From an uncultured delta proteobacterium (GTDB taxonomy: Bacteria > Desulfobacterota > Desulfobacteria > Desulfobacterales > JAFDCJ01), in NCBI GenBank assembly GCA_963769935.1, contig CAVYNY010000011.1:448001-512000 (forward strand): 64,000 nt of DNA, read 5' to 3'. The position numbers and the translations under genes were made by a program. Below the pieces are notes generated by a model that saw only the letters and a program-made list of their open reading frames with translations, ran no database searches and had not been told where the DNA came from. Of this stretch, positions 18,678 through 30,685 are shown one piece after another (position 1 is the first letter of the stretch; each line of letters begins with the position of its first letter).

Positions 18678-19399
18678 GGCGCAGCGCGCCGAGCAGCCTG
18701 CGGATGATCATCCGCAGCGATTGTCGAGGACGCGCAGCGTCCTCGACAACCAGTGATTGAGTAGTTTCCGTTTATCATCCAGCAACAAAATAAACCCATT
18801 GTTTAAGCGCTAAAAAAGTGACAAAAATGCTATTTTTTAACAGGTTTCCAACTGTTTAACATGCATTAGGTCATAATATGCGGAGGCCGGTTAAATACAC
18901 ATCAAAGCCTGTCTGCTGATTTAGCTCTGAGTTTCAAAGTTTTATTGGTTCCCAAAGATATACCAAAAGGAAATCAACCTCATTATTGAACCGGACGGCT
19001 TTTAAATTCTCCACAAAAAATCCCGCTATCTTTTTGAGAAGCGGGATTTTTGATTGCGCTGCATCATTTATTCTCCTATGTCGGGCTAAAGAATGAATGC
19101 AGAAGCCGGATGAAGAGCTCCGAGCTCCGGAAGCGATGACGCCATCGTATCGAAAAAAATCAAAAAAATCAATGTTGACAATAAAACCCCCTTTCGTTAT
19201 CCGGATAGAAATAGTGATTTGGCTCGTATAATTCGCGCTTCTAAATGTCGGGCTGCCTTGTCCCGGCGTAGCTCGACCTGTCGGGTCGTAGCTGAAAGCG
19301 AAGCCCAAAGAGCGAAGTCGGAAGCTGAAGCCGGTGCATAATTATCAAGGTAAGCACCGGAAAGGCAATTTTTTGTCGTGTAGCTTTAACCTGAACTAA

Positions 19400-19555
19400 G
19401 GGCTCACTCAAAAATAACTTCACATTTTATACGCCGCTGCATCCCGCCTGGCTGCGTGGCGAAAGCTCGGCATATCCAGATATTCCTGCGTTTTCGCGCC
19501 TTGCCAGCCGGGCGCCGCAACGACTAAAATTGTGAACTTATTTTTTCGTGAACCC
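19400..19555. mobile_element. 156-bp MITE, copy 2 (inverted)
   Basis: Reverse-complement homologue of 9901-10056; TAA on both flanks. Confidence 0.88.
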
Positions 19556-19585
19556 TAAGCGATTTCCAAGTACTTGCACGCTGTC

Positions 19586-19656
19586 CGGACGGGTGTAAAG
19601 CCCGCCCCTACGATACGTTGCTTAACCTGCCAGGCAGGGGCGAGGTTTATCCGCCT
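19586..19656. repeat. GTAG-type REP pair
   Basis: GTAGGGGCGGGCTTTACACCCGTCC on the minus strand; GCAGGGGCGAGGTTTATCCGCC on the plus strand. Confidence 0.55.
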
Positions 19657-19828
19657 CAGGAGGATTTATCCTCACCTTCACAAAACCAGGCCATCGTTCT
19701 AATCTTGGCGTTGTTAGGTTTATGATTGATCGGGAACCAAATGGCAAAGCATAAATCGGTTACCATCCGGCGCAGTCTGCTGAAATCTGAACGCCCGGGA
19801 GCAGGCCTGCCGGGTCTATGGAGCGAAC

Positions 19829-20047
19829 ATGCCGCCTTTGGGCGCATTTGAAGACGTGACGATCATTCTGCCCGAACCGATTGCGATGACACCCGGCGAT
19901 ATTTTCGCCGCCCTATCAGACGGTCTGATCGAGGCGGTCGATCCGGCCGGCAACCTATTCGGCAAGGAGCGTATCATGGGGGTTCTCAAGGCCTGCCGCA
20001 TGGCTGCGGCCGAAGACATTCTGCCGGACCGGGTGTGGCCCGGTTAA
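19829..20047 (+). pseudogene. SpoIIE/PP2C phosphatase C-terminal fragment
   Basis: PPLG..PGDIFAALSDGLIEA..GNLFGKER. Confidence 0.65.
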
Positions 20048-20307
20048 TCGCCATCCGGCACCTGCTCGCTGGCGGGTATTTTTTCACCCGGCGCCCAAGT
20101 GTCAAAAGAGCTGGGCCTTATAGTTTCGCCTTTGCGGACCAGGTTTTTCACCCATACGACCCGGGTGCGGCATTCCCAGACTCTTCTGCCCAACCGTTTT
20201 TGCCTTTCCTTCAGGGCTTTCTCGGCGGTCTTTCTGCTCTTGTGAACCGAGATAACCTCTTTTTCACGAATTGACGGATCGAATTCGTCATAAATTAAGG
20301 CATACAT
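20044..20307 (-). CDS. Hypothetical protein
   Basis: GAGG RBS; last gene of the operon, overlapping the kinase stop. Confidence 0.7.
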   Translation of the reverse strand: MYALIYDEFDPSIREKEVISVHKSRKTAEKALKERQKRLGRRVWECRTRVVWVKNLVRKGETIRPSSFDTWAPGEKIPASEQVPDGD

Positions 20308-21466
20308 GACGATACCTCCTTTTCTTTCGTCATTTTGGCGGATTCGGGCAGCTTCCTGGGTATTTTTACACTGAACAAAGAGCCCTGACCCAGGGTGGAC
20401 TTGACCTCGATCCTTCCGCCGTGCTGCTCGACAATTTTATTGGCAATAAAAAGCCCCAGCCCCGTTCCCTTGTTCCCTTTTGAGGAAAAAAGCGGCGTAA
20501 ACAGTTTGGCCAGCGTCTGATCATCCATGCCGATGCCGGTATCGTGCACATCGAAGCGGATATAATCTTTGTGATACCGGATCGTAAATGCAATTTTGTG
20601 GGACGCCTTTGAGGGGTCCCGCAGGCAGGCATCGATCGCATTTTCAAAAATGTTGATCAGGGCCGCATGGACATAGCTCGTATCGATCTCGAACTGTCCC
20701 GCTTTGGCGTCGAAATCCGTGACAAATTCTATGTCGTGCGCTTTTATTTTGTGTTCAACTACCCGGGCGACTTCGTCTGCAAAACTCAGGGCATCGATGC
20801 GTTCCCAATTTAAATCTCTTTCCTTGGCGTAAAAAAGAATGTCGGTCACCATCTTGCGAATGCGTTCCACCATCGATTTGGTGACTTCCCAGCCTTCGTC
20901 GATCCGCTGCCGATCATTTTTGGCAAAGCCGGAGTCCAGCAGATACATGCCGGCATCCAGGCCGGTCAGCAGCCCCTTGATACCGTGGGATATGGATCCG
21001 ATCATCAATCCCAACGTCGACAGGTGGCTTTGCAGTTCGGTCTTTTCTTTGATCAGAGTTTCAAGGCTTTCGGTATATTCTCTTAATTTTTGGCGGGTCA
21101 GAATGCGCTCTTTCAGCCCGCTGCAGCGCAATTTCCATCACATCTACGTTGATGGGTTTGACAATGAAATCCGTTGCTGCATACTTTAAGCTGCGGATGG
21201 CCAGGTCCATGTCGCCATGACCGGTAATCATGATGACCTCGGTTTCCGGATTTTCGTGTTTTACTTTTTGCAACAGCGCGATACCGTCCATGACGGGCAT
21301 CTTTATGTCGGTCATCACGATCCAGGGCTGCACATCCCTGAAGATGCGCAAGGCCTGGTCGCCATTTTCGGCCTCATAGACGTGATACCCCATGTCGCCA
21401 AGCGACAAGCTGAGAACCTCCCGAATATCGGGTTCATCATCGACGAGCAGTACTGATTATTTCCAT
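20295..21466 (-). CDS. Receiver-histidine kinase hybrid, frameshifted near 21455 and 21125
   Basis: REC domain (TDIKMP, MITGHG, KP); H-box SISHGIKG; ENAIDA, DTGIG, GTGLGL. Confidence 0.85.
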
Positions 21467-23755
21467 TGTTCTTTTCCCGACACCGGAAAGGTTATAATAA
21501 AACATGCACCCTCGGGCTTATGGGGGGCAACCCGAATCGCTCCGCCGCAGTCTTTGACGATTCCATAGCTGATGGAAAGGCCCAGGCCCGTGCCCTTGCC
21601 GACTTCTTTGGTCGTAAAAAAAGGTTCAAAAATTTTGTTGACCAGCGCCGGGGGGACCCCCGTGCCGGTATCACAGACTTCACAGACAATAAAGGAGCCC
21701 TCGCGTCTGGTTTTAAGGATAATTTTTTTATCCGCATCGGCGGTTTCCTGCGGACCCCAATGTTCTTCAATCGCATCCCTGGCATTGATCAGAAGGTTGA
21801 TAAAAACCTGTTCCAATCGGGCGGGATCCGCATTAATTTTTGGCAGGCTTTTTTCTATTTCCCAAACCACACGGATGCCTCTTAATTTCAGTTGTTGACT
21901 GAAAATTTCAAAGGCTTTTTCCAGCACTTCGTTAACCTGAACCTTCTCGAAATCCATTTCGGACTTCCGTGCAAATTGCCGCATATGATTAATTATTTTG
22001 CTGGCCCGATCTACATTGCTGTCAATTTTGCGGACCATTTTACTAAGGATCTCATCTTCGAGCGGCTCCTCTTTGTCCATTTTTTTAATAAAGAAGCTGC
22101 TGGCGGTTTTAATCACCGAAAGGGGCTGGTTGAGCTCGTGGGCGATGCCGGTGGCCATCTCTCCTAAGGTCGCCATTTTGCTGGCCTGGATTAACTGCTG
22201 CTCGGCTTCTAGTCGTTTGGTTATATCGCTGGTGGTGACCAGAAGTACTTTTCTGCCCGGGTACTCGGCCGGCGAAATTCGTATGTTCACAAAAAGAAGC
22301 AACCCCTTATGATTTAATTGCTTTGCCTGGGTAATCTCCGTCGACTGTCTTCATCATGTCCGCATAATGCTTGCGCTCCTCTTCCGGAAACAAATCCATA
22401 AATGAGGTGTTGATGATATTGTGTTTGGTAAAACCGTAAACGACTTCGACACTATCGTTGCAGTCGATAATATCAAACGTATCCATATCCAGGACAAACA
22501 CCGGGTTCGGAATGTTATTGAAGATTTCATGGTATTTTTTCTCGGATTTCTCCAACTGGTCTTCAAGCTGTTTGCGCTGCGTGATATCCAAGCTCATCTC
22601 AATGGCCGCTACGATATCCCCCTTGGCATTTTTTATCGGAGACGTTCTCAGCATCCAGTGGACCGGGGTTCCATCCCTGTTCACCCCCGTCTCCTCACCA
22701 TAATGGGTATGGCCATCTTCAAAGGTGCGTTCAACCGGGCAGTTGGGACATTTGTCTGTGAGTCCCTTATAGGCATGATAGCAATAATCACCGGGCCGGG
22801 GATCAAACCGTTTGGCGAATTCGTAGTTATAGCGCAATAAATTAAAGTTCCTGTCCTGAACGGTAATCAGGCAAGGGGCCCGTTCGAACAGGGTTTGATA
22901 CTCATCCCGCTGTTCATTCAACTCTGCCTGTTTTTCGGCAATTTTTTCACTCATCTGGTTGATGGCAGCCGCAAGTTCTCCCATTTCATCGACCTGGTCA
23001 ATATCCACCCTGCTGGGATACACTCCCTTGGCGATGCTGCGGGTTCCATCGATTAGTTTCCGGATCGGTTGATTGACAAACCGCAATTGGAAAAGAAAAA
23101 TGATGGCGGATGTCACCAGGAATATTGCACCGGCCAGACCAACCGCTGCTTTTTCAGTCAAAAAGATCTCCTTATCCGGTTCTTCCAGCGAGACCACGAC
23201 ATCAAGTGCGCCCAGAATTTTCTTGCCTGCCGGATGAATATGACAGGCATCGGTGGCACACCCCGGCTCATTGCAGATCGGACTGATAATTCCAAGCAAC
23301 CGGTATCCTTTGGGGGAGTTAAATATCCGAGTTCTTTCCCCCAGGCTGAGGGTCGACAGCGGTGGTTCCGACCGGTGACAGATATAGCAGGCTTCAGCTT
23401 TTATATTGGTGGTGGTATCAATTTCCGTCGACCGGTTGGAATATTTGATTTCTCCCTCTTTATTATAGATGCGGATGCTTGCGATCTCTTTCTGTCTGCC
23501 GATATTATTGATGATCTGGTTGATGTCATCCCGGGAGTTCAACATCATGGCATAATGAGTGCCGAGTTTGATGGTGTTGGTCAGCCGGTCGGTTCCCACT
23601 ACGATATTTTCCAACAGCTTTTTTTCTTGATAATTGATGTTAAAGTAAGCCCAGGTGGAAATGGTAACCAGCAAGGTCAGGCCGACGGCTAAAATGATCT
23701 TGGAAACCAAACTGCGGCGAATATTTTGAATTGGTTTGAATGCCATTGTCTTCAC
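21457..23755 (-). CDS. Membrane HAMP/PAS sensor histidine kinase, frameshifted near 22320
   Basis: Two TM segments, periplasmic CYICH, HAMP, two PAS domains, [14 protein letters not shown]. Confidence 0.85.
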
Positions 23756-23857
23756 ACGAATGAATATCTATAAAGCAATTTATAGGTGCCCCGCTAACCC
23801 GGGATTTCCAACGCGTGCCGTCCCGCTTGTCCAGATCAGGTCAATTTATGCTGTAAA

Positions 23858-24733
23858 TTACAATTTAGCGGCAAGCTTCTCGCGAAAGCTATCGGTAATG
23901 GACAGGTTCAAATCAAACCGCAGATCCTTCTCGGACAATCCCAGGGCAAGTCCGATAAGCTGGGGAAGATAAAGAACCGTCATGCGCAGATCTTCGTTCT
24001 GCATGCAGCTGATCTTATGCTGGTAGGCCTCCAGGTTCATCTGGCACATGGGGCAAACGGTGACGATCGCGTCAGCCCCTTTAGCCCCTTGCAAGATGGC
24101 AGCCACGAGCTCCCGGCCCACAGCCATCTCCGTATTCATGTGGGAAGCTCCACAACACTTTCCGCCCATGTTCCAGGGATGCACTTCGGCACCGGCAGTT
24201 TCGATCAAGGGTTCCATTGAGCGCGGGTCTTCAGGATCATCAAAAACCACATAAGGCCGCAGGCACTGACAGCCATAATACGGTGCAATCCGAAAGCCCG
24301 TCAGCGCTCTTTTTAGATTATTGCGAATGGTTTCCGGACCCACATCGTTGACGATGACATCAAGAAGATGCCGCACGTGAAGCCGGCCGCTGATTTGTAA
24401 CTGATCTTCATTTAAAATGGAGTTTAGTTTTTTTAAAATTGCAGGTTCACTTCTTATCTTTGCCTCTACTCTTTTTAAATTTAGATAACAGGCACTGCAC
24501 GGGACCAGTATGTCCCTCACTTCATCCGTTTTTTCCGCAATGGCTATATTTCGTGCCGGAAGCGCCAGGGATAAAAGATCGCTAATAGAATCGGCCGCAC
24601 TGGCCCCGCAACACGTCCAGTCTTCGATTTCCAGTAATTCCACGCCCAACGACGCCATCAGCGCCCGGGTGGATTGGTTGTATTCCAGTGCCGTTCCCTC
24701 CAGTGAGCAGCCGGGATAGTACTGATATTTCAT
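23858..24733 (-). CDS. hdrB: Heterodisulfide reductase subunit B
   Basis: YYPGC, TCCGA, CSACY, YYGCQ, CCGA, CPMCQ (two CCG domains). Confidence 0.92.
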   Translation of the reverse strand: MKYQYYPGCSLEGTALEYNQSTRALMASLGVELLEIEDWTCCGASAADSISDLLSLALPARNIAIAEKTDEVRDILVPCSACYLNLKRVEAKIRSEPAILKKLNSILNEDQLQISGRLHVRHLLDVIVNDVGPETIRNNLKRALTGFRIAPYYGCQCLRPYVVFDDPEDPRSMEPLIETAGAEVHPWNMGGKCCGASHMNTEMAVGRELVAAILQGAKGADAIVTVCPMCQMNLEAYQHKISCMQNEDLRMTVLYLPQLIGLALGLSEKDLRFDLNLSITDSFREKLAAKL

Positions 24734-25302
24734 AACCTTTCCTCCAGTTCCGCGACTTTACGGAAAATCGATTCCAGAGGACGCTCCCGCCTTATAGACG
24801 GCAGCATTGAAACCTTGCCTTTAAGCATAAGCTTGATCCCCAACGGGGCAAATCGCAGGGGAATCAAGGGATTTTTCAAAGCAGCAAAATACATTGCCAT
24901 AAACTCGGTCTCATTAACCCGCCCGTGCTGCCGCACGCTTCGGATAAAACTTTTGTAAAACTGAACACTGTGCTTGTATCGGGGAAGATTATGTCTAGCC
25001 GCGATTTGTTTGAGGGCCTCCATGGCCCCGGTAAGAGGCAGCCCCCTGGGACACCGCAGCGTGCAACAATAGCAGGCCGAACACAGCGCAAATGTTTTAC
25101 TCTGAAAGATCTCTGCAGTTTGATCCATCAATACCATGCGCCACAAATGCCGCGGTGTATAGTCCATGGCGAATTCATTGGGGCAGGAGCCGGTGCAGGT
25201 GCCGCATTGGATGCAGGCCCGGACCATTTCCTGAACAGGAGCCAAATTAACGGAAGCTTGAACTGTTTCGTTACTTCTTTTGAAATTTATTGCTATATTC
25301 AT
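24730..25302 (-). CDS. hdrC: Heterodisulfide reductase subunit C
   Basis: CIQCGTCTGSCP and CSACYCCTLRCP. Confidence 0.9.
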   Translation of the reverse strand: MNIAINFKRSNETVQASVNLAPVQEMVRACIQCGTCTGSCPNEFAMDYTPRHLWRMVLMDQTAEIFQSKTFALCSACYCCTLRCPRGLPLTGAMEALKQIAARHNLPRYKHSVQFYKSFIRSVRQHGRVNETEFMAMYFAALKNPLIPLRFAPLGIKLMLKGKVSMLPSIRRERPLESIFRKVAELEERL

Positions 25303-25321
25303 AGAAAAGTCCTTTAAGCAA

Positions 25322-28300
25322 TTAACGCATAGCCCAACCTATGGCGGCATCAATCATTTCAAACATCTGCTGTTCTTGAAAACCATCCAGGATTGAAGCG
25401 CTATTGGGGCATACCGCGGAACAGGAACCGCACCCCTGGCACATAACCGGATTAACCAGCACCTTTTCATGGTCGTAATCAATGGAGCGGGCCTCATAAG
25501 GGCATGCATCGATACATCTTTCACACAAACTACAAAGGCTATGGCGAACTTTTGCCACCACCTTTCCCGCCGGCAAGCGTTCACGAGAAAGAATTCTCAA
25601 AGCCCTCTGTGCTGCAGCTTCTGCAGTAGTAATCGATTCAGCAATATTTCGAGGAGAATGAGCCAACCCGCATGCAAAAACACCCTCTTTTAGCGAGTCA
25701 ACCGGCCGCCACTTGGATTCAGCCTCCTGGAAAAAACCGTCGCGGTCAAGTGTCGCACCAAAGGCTTCGGCCAGGTCCTGCGGCAGAATGGGAACCACGC
25801 CCGTGGCTAAAACCACAAGATCCGCCTGAATCTGGAGCTGTTGGCCGATGATCGGCTCCAAAACCGTCACGCTCAGGCCTGCTGGGTCAATTCGGACCCG
25901 AGGTTTTTCGTCAACTGAATACTGGATAAAGATTACACCGGCTTTGCGGGCCCGTGTGTAATAGGCTTCGGTAAACCCATAAGCCATCATGTCCCGATAG
26001 AGAATATATACGGCAAGCTCGGGATTTTTTTCCTTGAAATCCAGGGCATGTTTTAGGGAATTGGCGCAACACAGCCGGCTGCAATAATTGCGCGGTTCCT
26101 CGCGGGAGTCCACACATTGGATCATCACCACCGACGCCAATGCCGCCGGATCGATTTTATCGTCAACCAGCTTTTGTTCTAATTCTTTCTGGGTGATGAT
26201 GGATGGATTGGTACCATATCCATAAGAAGAGGTTACCGCCTCCGTCCCGCCCGTGGCCAAAATAGTCACACCATGCGCCAAGGTTTGTGCCGAATGTTGC
26301 GGGCCCTCCAAGGTGGTCAAAAAATTTCCTACCTGACCGATAGAACTGATAACCTGTGACTGGACATGAACATCAATCCTGGGATGCCTCTCAACCAGGA
26401 GACAAGTGTCCTCCATTAGTTTCGGGATTGAATGCCCTTCCAGGGTGCGCTTTAGCCAATTAAGATTTCCGCCCAACTGCTCTGCCTTTTCTACCAGATC
26501 CACCTCAAAGCCGTGATCGGCGATGGCCAGCGCTGCCGTCATGCCGGCTATCCCTCCACCGATAACCAACGCTTTTTGATTGATTGCAATGGTGGGAGCA
26601 GGCTCCGGTTCAACCCACTTCAGTTTGGCAACACCCATTTGCAGGGCCGACAGAAGATCAGCGGTTTTCGAATCCGTGCTTTTAAATTCCGCATTCCCTC
26701 CGGGGCGCAGGCCTATACGGGCCGGAGGCCGCATTCCCTCCGGGGCGTCGGCCCCTACTAAGGGCCGGAGGCCGCATTGCACATTCGTATCCACCACTTC
26801 CATCAGCGCCGGATCCAATCCCGCCTGTTGGGCCAGTTCATGAAGTTTGCGTTTATAAGCATAGGGCAGGCACGCGCCAATCAGGAGCCGGTTCGGCTTG
26901 TTTGTTTGCACCAGTTCCACCAGCTGCTCCCACCCGGCGGCCGTACAGGTTTGTTCCAGAAATTCAACCTGCTTTACCAGAGGGTTGGTTTTAAGGCGTC
27001 GCACAATTTCTGTCGGGTCATCAAATCCTGAAAGTTTGCCCCCGCAGGTACATATGACAGCCAGAATCCTGGGAATTTCACGCACCGCACCGGATATGGG
27101 TGGAGCCGGTTGCGGCTCCAACGCCAGACTGCCGCCGTTGGCATGAATCACCCGGGAGGCCGATAAGGCCGCAGCCGAGGCCTGGGTCACCGAGTCACTG
27201 ATGTCTTTAAGACCCGCGAATGAACCACCCAGCAAAATCCCGCTGCGGCTGGTTCGAGTCAGGGAAAGGGGAATGGTGTTCCCAAATCCCCATGGATTCA
27301 GCTCCAGACCCAACATTTCGGCCAACTCAGAAGTACCCTTGGCCGGACGCTGTCCGACGGCAAGCACCGCCATGTCGAAGTGTGACTCAATGGATTTTCC
27401 GGCAATGTCCACGCTGCGGATGATCATATCGCCGCTGGCAACATCTTGTACTATGGAGTGAACCCGAGCCCTTTCGAACCGCACATCATGAACGGTTTCG
27501 GCTTGTTCGCGGTAGCGTTGAAAGGCTTTGCCGTATGTTCGCATATCCATATAAAATATGGTCGTTGCCAGATCCGGGCTGATTTTTTCTTTCGCCAGGA
27601 CCGCTTCTTTGATGGACGCCATACAGCAGATGTTTGAGCAAAAATCGGCATTCGTCTGCAAATCCCGCGAGCCCACACATTGGATCCAGGCGATCCTGCG
27701 AAGCGGCTTTCCATCCAACGGCCGCACCGGCCTTCCCTGCAAGGGCCCGGTGCCGCTTAATAGGCGCTCAAACTCCAGGCTGGTGACAACATTGGGATAC
27801 CAGCCATAGCCGAATGGGTTCTTCGCGCCGGCCGGATCGTAAAAGGCCACGCCGCCGCAGAGCACCACAGCTCCGACGTCTATCTCACGACCTTCAGGCG
27901 CCACCAGATCCTGGTAAATTCGCAGGATCATGGGAATCAGGGTTGCGGGATCAAACGGCTTTACCAGATAATCCAGGGCACCGATTTTCATGGCTTCAAC
28001 CGCGGTTTCAACGGTTGCATAAGCGGTCATCATAATCACATTGATATCCGCAAATTGCTCCCTGGCCTTTTGCAGGACTTCTACCCCGTCCATGCCCGGC
28101 ATCTTTATATCCAGCAGCATCAATTGATATGCCTGCTTGGCCAGTTGATCCAAGGCCTCCGCACCGGAGCCGGCCATGTCTACGGCAAAACCTTCCTCTT
28201 CCAACCACTCCTTGAGGGAATCGCGCACGATGAGTTCGTCATCGACAACCAGAATGCGAAAGCCCTCTTTTTTCTTATCAGGCAGGCGAACGGCACTGCG

Positions 28301-28829
28301 TGGACAAGCCTCCATACAGGCCCTGCAGTGGGTACAGGCTGACCGAATCTATCATGTAGGGATTGGGAATGGCATGCGGCACCGGAAGGTAGATGGCTTT
28401 GCGCTTTGCCAGGCCGGCATTGAATTCGTCGGGGACCTCCACGGGGCAAACATGGGTGCACGCGCCGCAGCCGGTGCACAGATCGGGATTGACCCAATTC
28501 GGATGCTCCTTCAACCGGACCTGGAAACGGCCGGGCTCGCCGTCGATTGAAACCAGCTCGGTGCCAAGCAGTATGTCGATATTTTCATGGAATAGTCCCT
28601 TGCGCAGGCAAAATTGCGAGCCTGCATCCCGATCGACTAAAGGCAGCATTTTACACATACCGCAGCGGTCGGTGGGAAACTGATAGTCGAGCTGACTCAA
28701 GATACCGCCGATATGGGGGGACCGGTCTATCAGGGTGACGCCATACCCATATTCAGCCAGATCCAGCGCCGCCCGAATGCCGCTGATGCCTGCTCCCACG
28801 ACCAGCGCTTTGCCAATTTTGCGGTTCAT
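25322..28829 (-). CDS. hdrA: HdrA-like flavoprotein with an internal receiver domain; frameshift near 28340
   Basis: GAGISG, ferredoxin motifs, REC domain, QCVGSRD, CSNICC, GGGIAG, QCVDSR, CSRLCC, C-terminal 2x[4Fe-4S]. Confidence 0.85.
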
Positions 28830-29068
28830 GAATGCCTCCGGATTTCCATGTTTCTTATTTAACCGTGCTTGAAAGAAATGAAATTGGTTTTGGCTATAAA
28901 TCCTAAAATTTCTAAAATTAAGATGTTAATTATCTTATGCTTTCCAATACGCAATCAATTCATTCCGAATTCCAATACTTCCCCTCTCACAATCCGAATT
29001 CTGTCCTCTATCTTCTGTCCTCTGTCCTCTGTCTTCTGTCCTCTCACTTCCCCATTCCGCCTTCCACT

Positions 29069-30209
29069 TCAATCGATTCCCACCACCTCGGAATTCGTCC
29101 TCACGAAACATGGACAGCGGCGGTTGTTGATCAAGGCTTTTGCCGGCTTCGTAGTCAAAGGCCTGCTGAGTTGCCTGTGCGATGGTTCGAAACAACTCCA
29201 TAACCGGAATATCATTCGGACAGGCATTGGAACATTGGCCGCAGCCCACACAGGCCGTACTCATATGGGCCAGACGGGTAAGATGGTAAAAAAGCGTATC
29301 CGTCGGCATTTTAATGATGCCTTTGCGGTTGGCCCACCGCAGATACTGGGACGGATCGTGGTTGAACACATCCGTCACAAAAACACACTCCTTACAGTAG
29401 CATACCGGACAAGCCACCCGACAGTTGTAGCAGTTGACGCAGGTGGCAAAGTACGTGGATAGCTTTTCCAAATTTTCGGTGGCCGCCCGTGTCGTGGCAA
29501 ACATGTCATCCCGGCACTTGGTACGTTGGGCAATCAAGGCATTAACGGCATCCTGACGGGCGCGGGGCTCATCGGCAGCCGCCAGATGCATCAGCTGCAG
29601 GATTTGATCGCCGGCTTCGGTTTGAGACTTAACCAGCAGAGATTGGTCGATATCCATACCGTATAAGCCGATCTGAATATCGGCATTTTCAGCCACGGGA
29701 TATTCACAGGCCCGGCAGGCCGGCGCCGGCTCAAGGCCTCCCTCCTGCGGGCTTTTGCCGCGCAGCACGCTTTGATAGAATGCGACCGTCGATTCGGCGC
29801 TGTTCTCGGCCACCAGCTTAAAATAGTCTTTGTTTTGGAAGGCGCCCAGGCAGTCCACCCCAATCAAAATCACTTCGTCCGTGCGGGCCTGCTTAAGCTT
29901 CACGAGCTCGACAAAGGCCCGCATCTCGCAGGGCCGCAATACCGCCGCGACCTTGGCGCCCATCGGTTTGCGGGTGAGTCGTGAAACAATCCGGGCGGCG
30001 TTCAGCGGAAAGGCCGGTGCCAGCGGATCAACCCCATCCAGATGATTCGGGTCCGTCACCAGGGTCGGCATGACCATATTTTTCATCGGAAGATGCTGGG
30101 GCACCAGAATGGCTTTGATTTCCTCAATTTCAAGAATGTTCTTAAAAAATCCCTGCAAAGCGCCCAGAACGTTTTTTTCCTGCACCTCAATTTTAGCCGT
30201 AATCGCCAT
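29069..30209 (-). CDS. FdhB/FrhB-like 4Fe-4S protein; true stop probably 29069 after a terminal frameshift
   Basis: RPCE, GVDC, CRAC, CVNCYNCRVACPVCYCKEC, CVGCGQCSNACP. Confidence 0.8.
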
Positions 30210-30685
30210 GAGTGCCTCCGGCAGTGGTTTTCGGTTATTAGTTATTCGTTATTGGTTGTTGGTTGTTGGTTATTTGGCATCGCGGTCAGTTCAACTCCCG
30301 ATCTTGCTTTGAAACTTTATTAATCTCAATAAAGAGAAAAATGCCTAAATTGCCTAAAATGCACTAAAATGCCTAAAATTGGATACTGATCATTTTAAAA
30401 TTTCCAATTCGCAATCCCTGGCCCAGACCAAATTTACAGCTTCGTTTATTCTACAGACTTGTGACATATCTGGCCTACATTTTAACCAATACGGTCGCAC
30501 CAGGGGCCGAAATCGAACATCCCACGCATCCAAAACCTTTCTAAACTTAACGCTATGCCCTATGTTCAATACCCCATACCTTTCTTTCATCGCCGTGCGC
30601 CGTTTGCCGTGCGCCGTTTGCCCTTGCATTTTTGCTTCATTCTATCAACTATCAGCTATGAGCTATGAGCTGCGCGCAGCGCCCC

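Noticed and set aside
19255..19335. tRNA or other ncRNA
   Set aside because: No cloverleaf or T-loop; looks like a nested GTAGCT..AGCGAAG REP-like repeat
17040..19400. Integron integrase gene or remnant
   Set aside because: No tyrosine recombinase motifs found in the ORFs here
30390..30629. Small ORF between mvhD and the FdhB-like gene
   Set aside because: Starts inside repeat tracts with no recognisable family; cannot be supported
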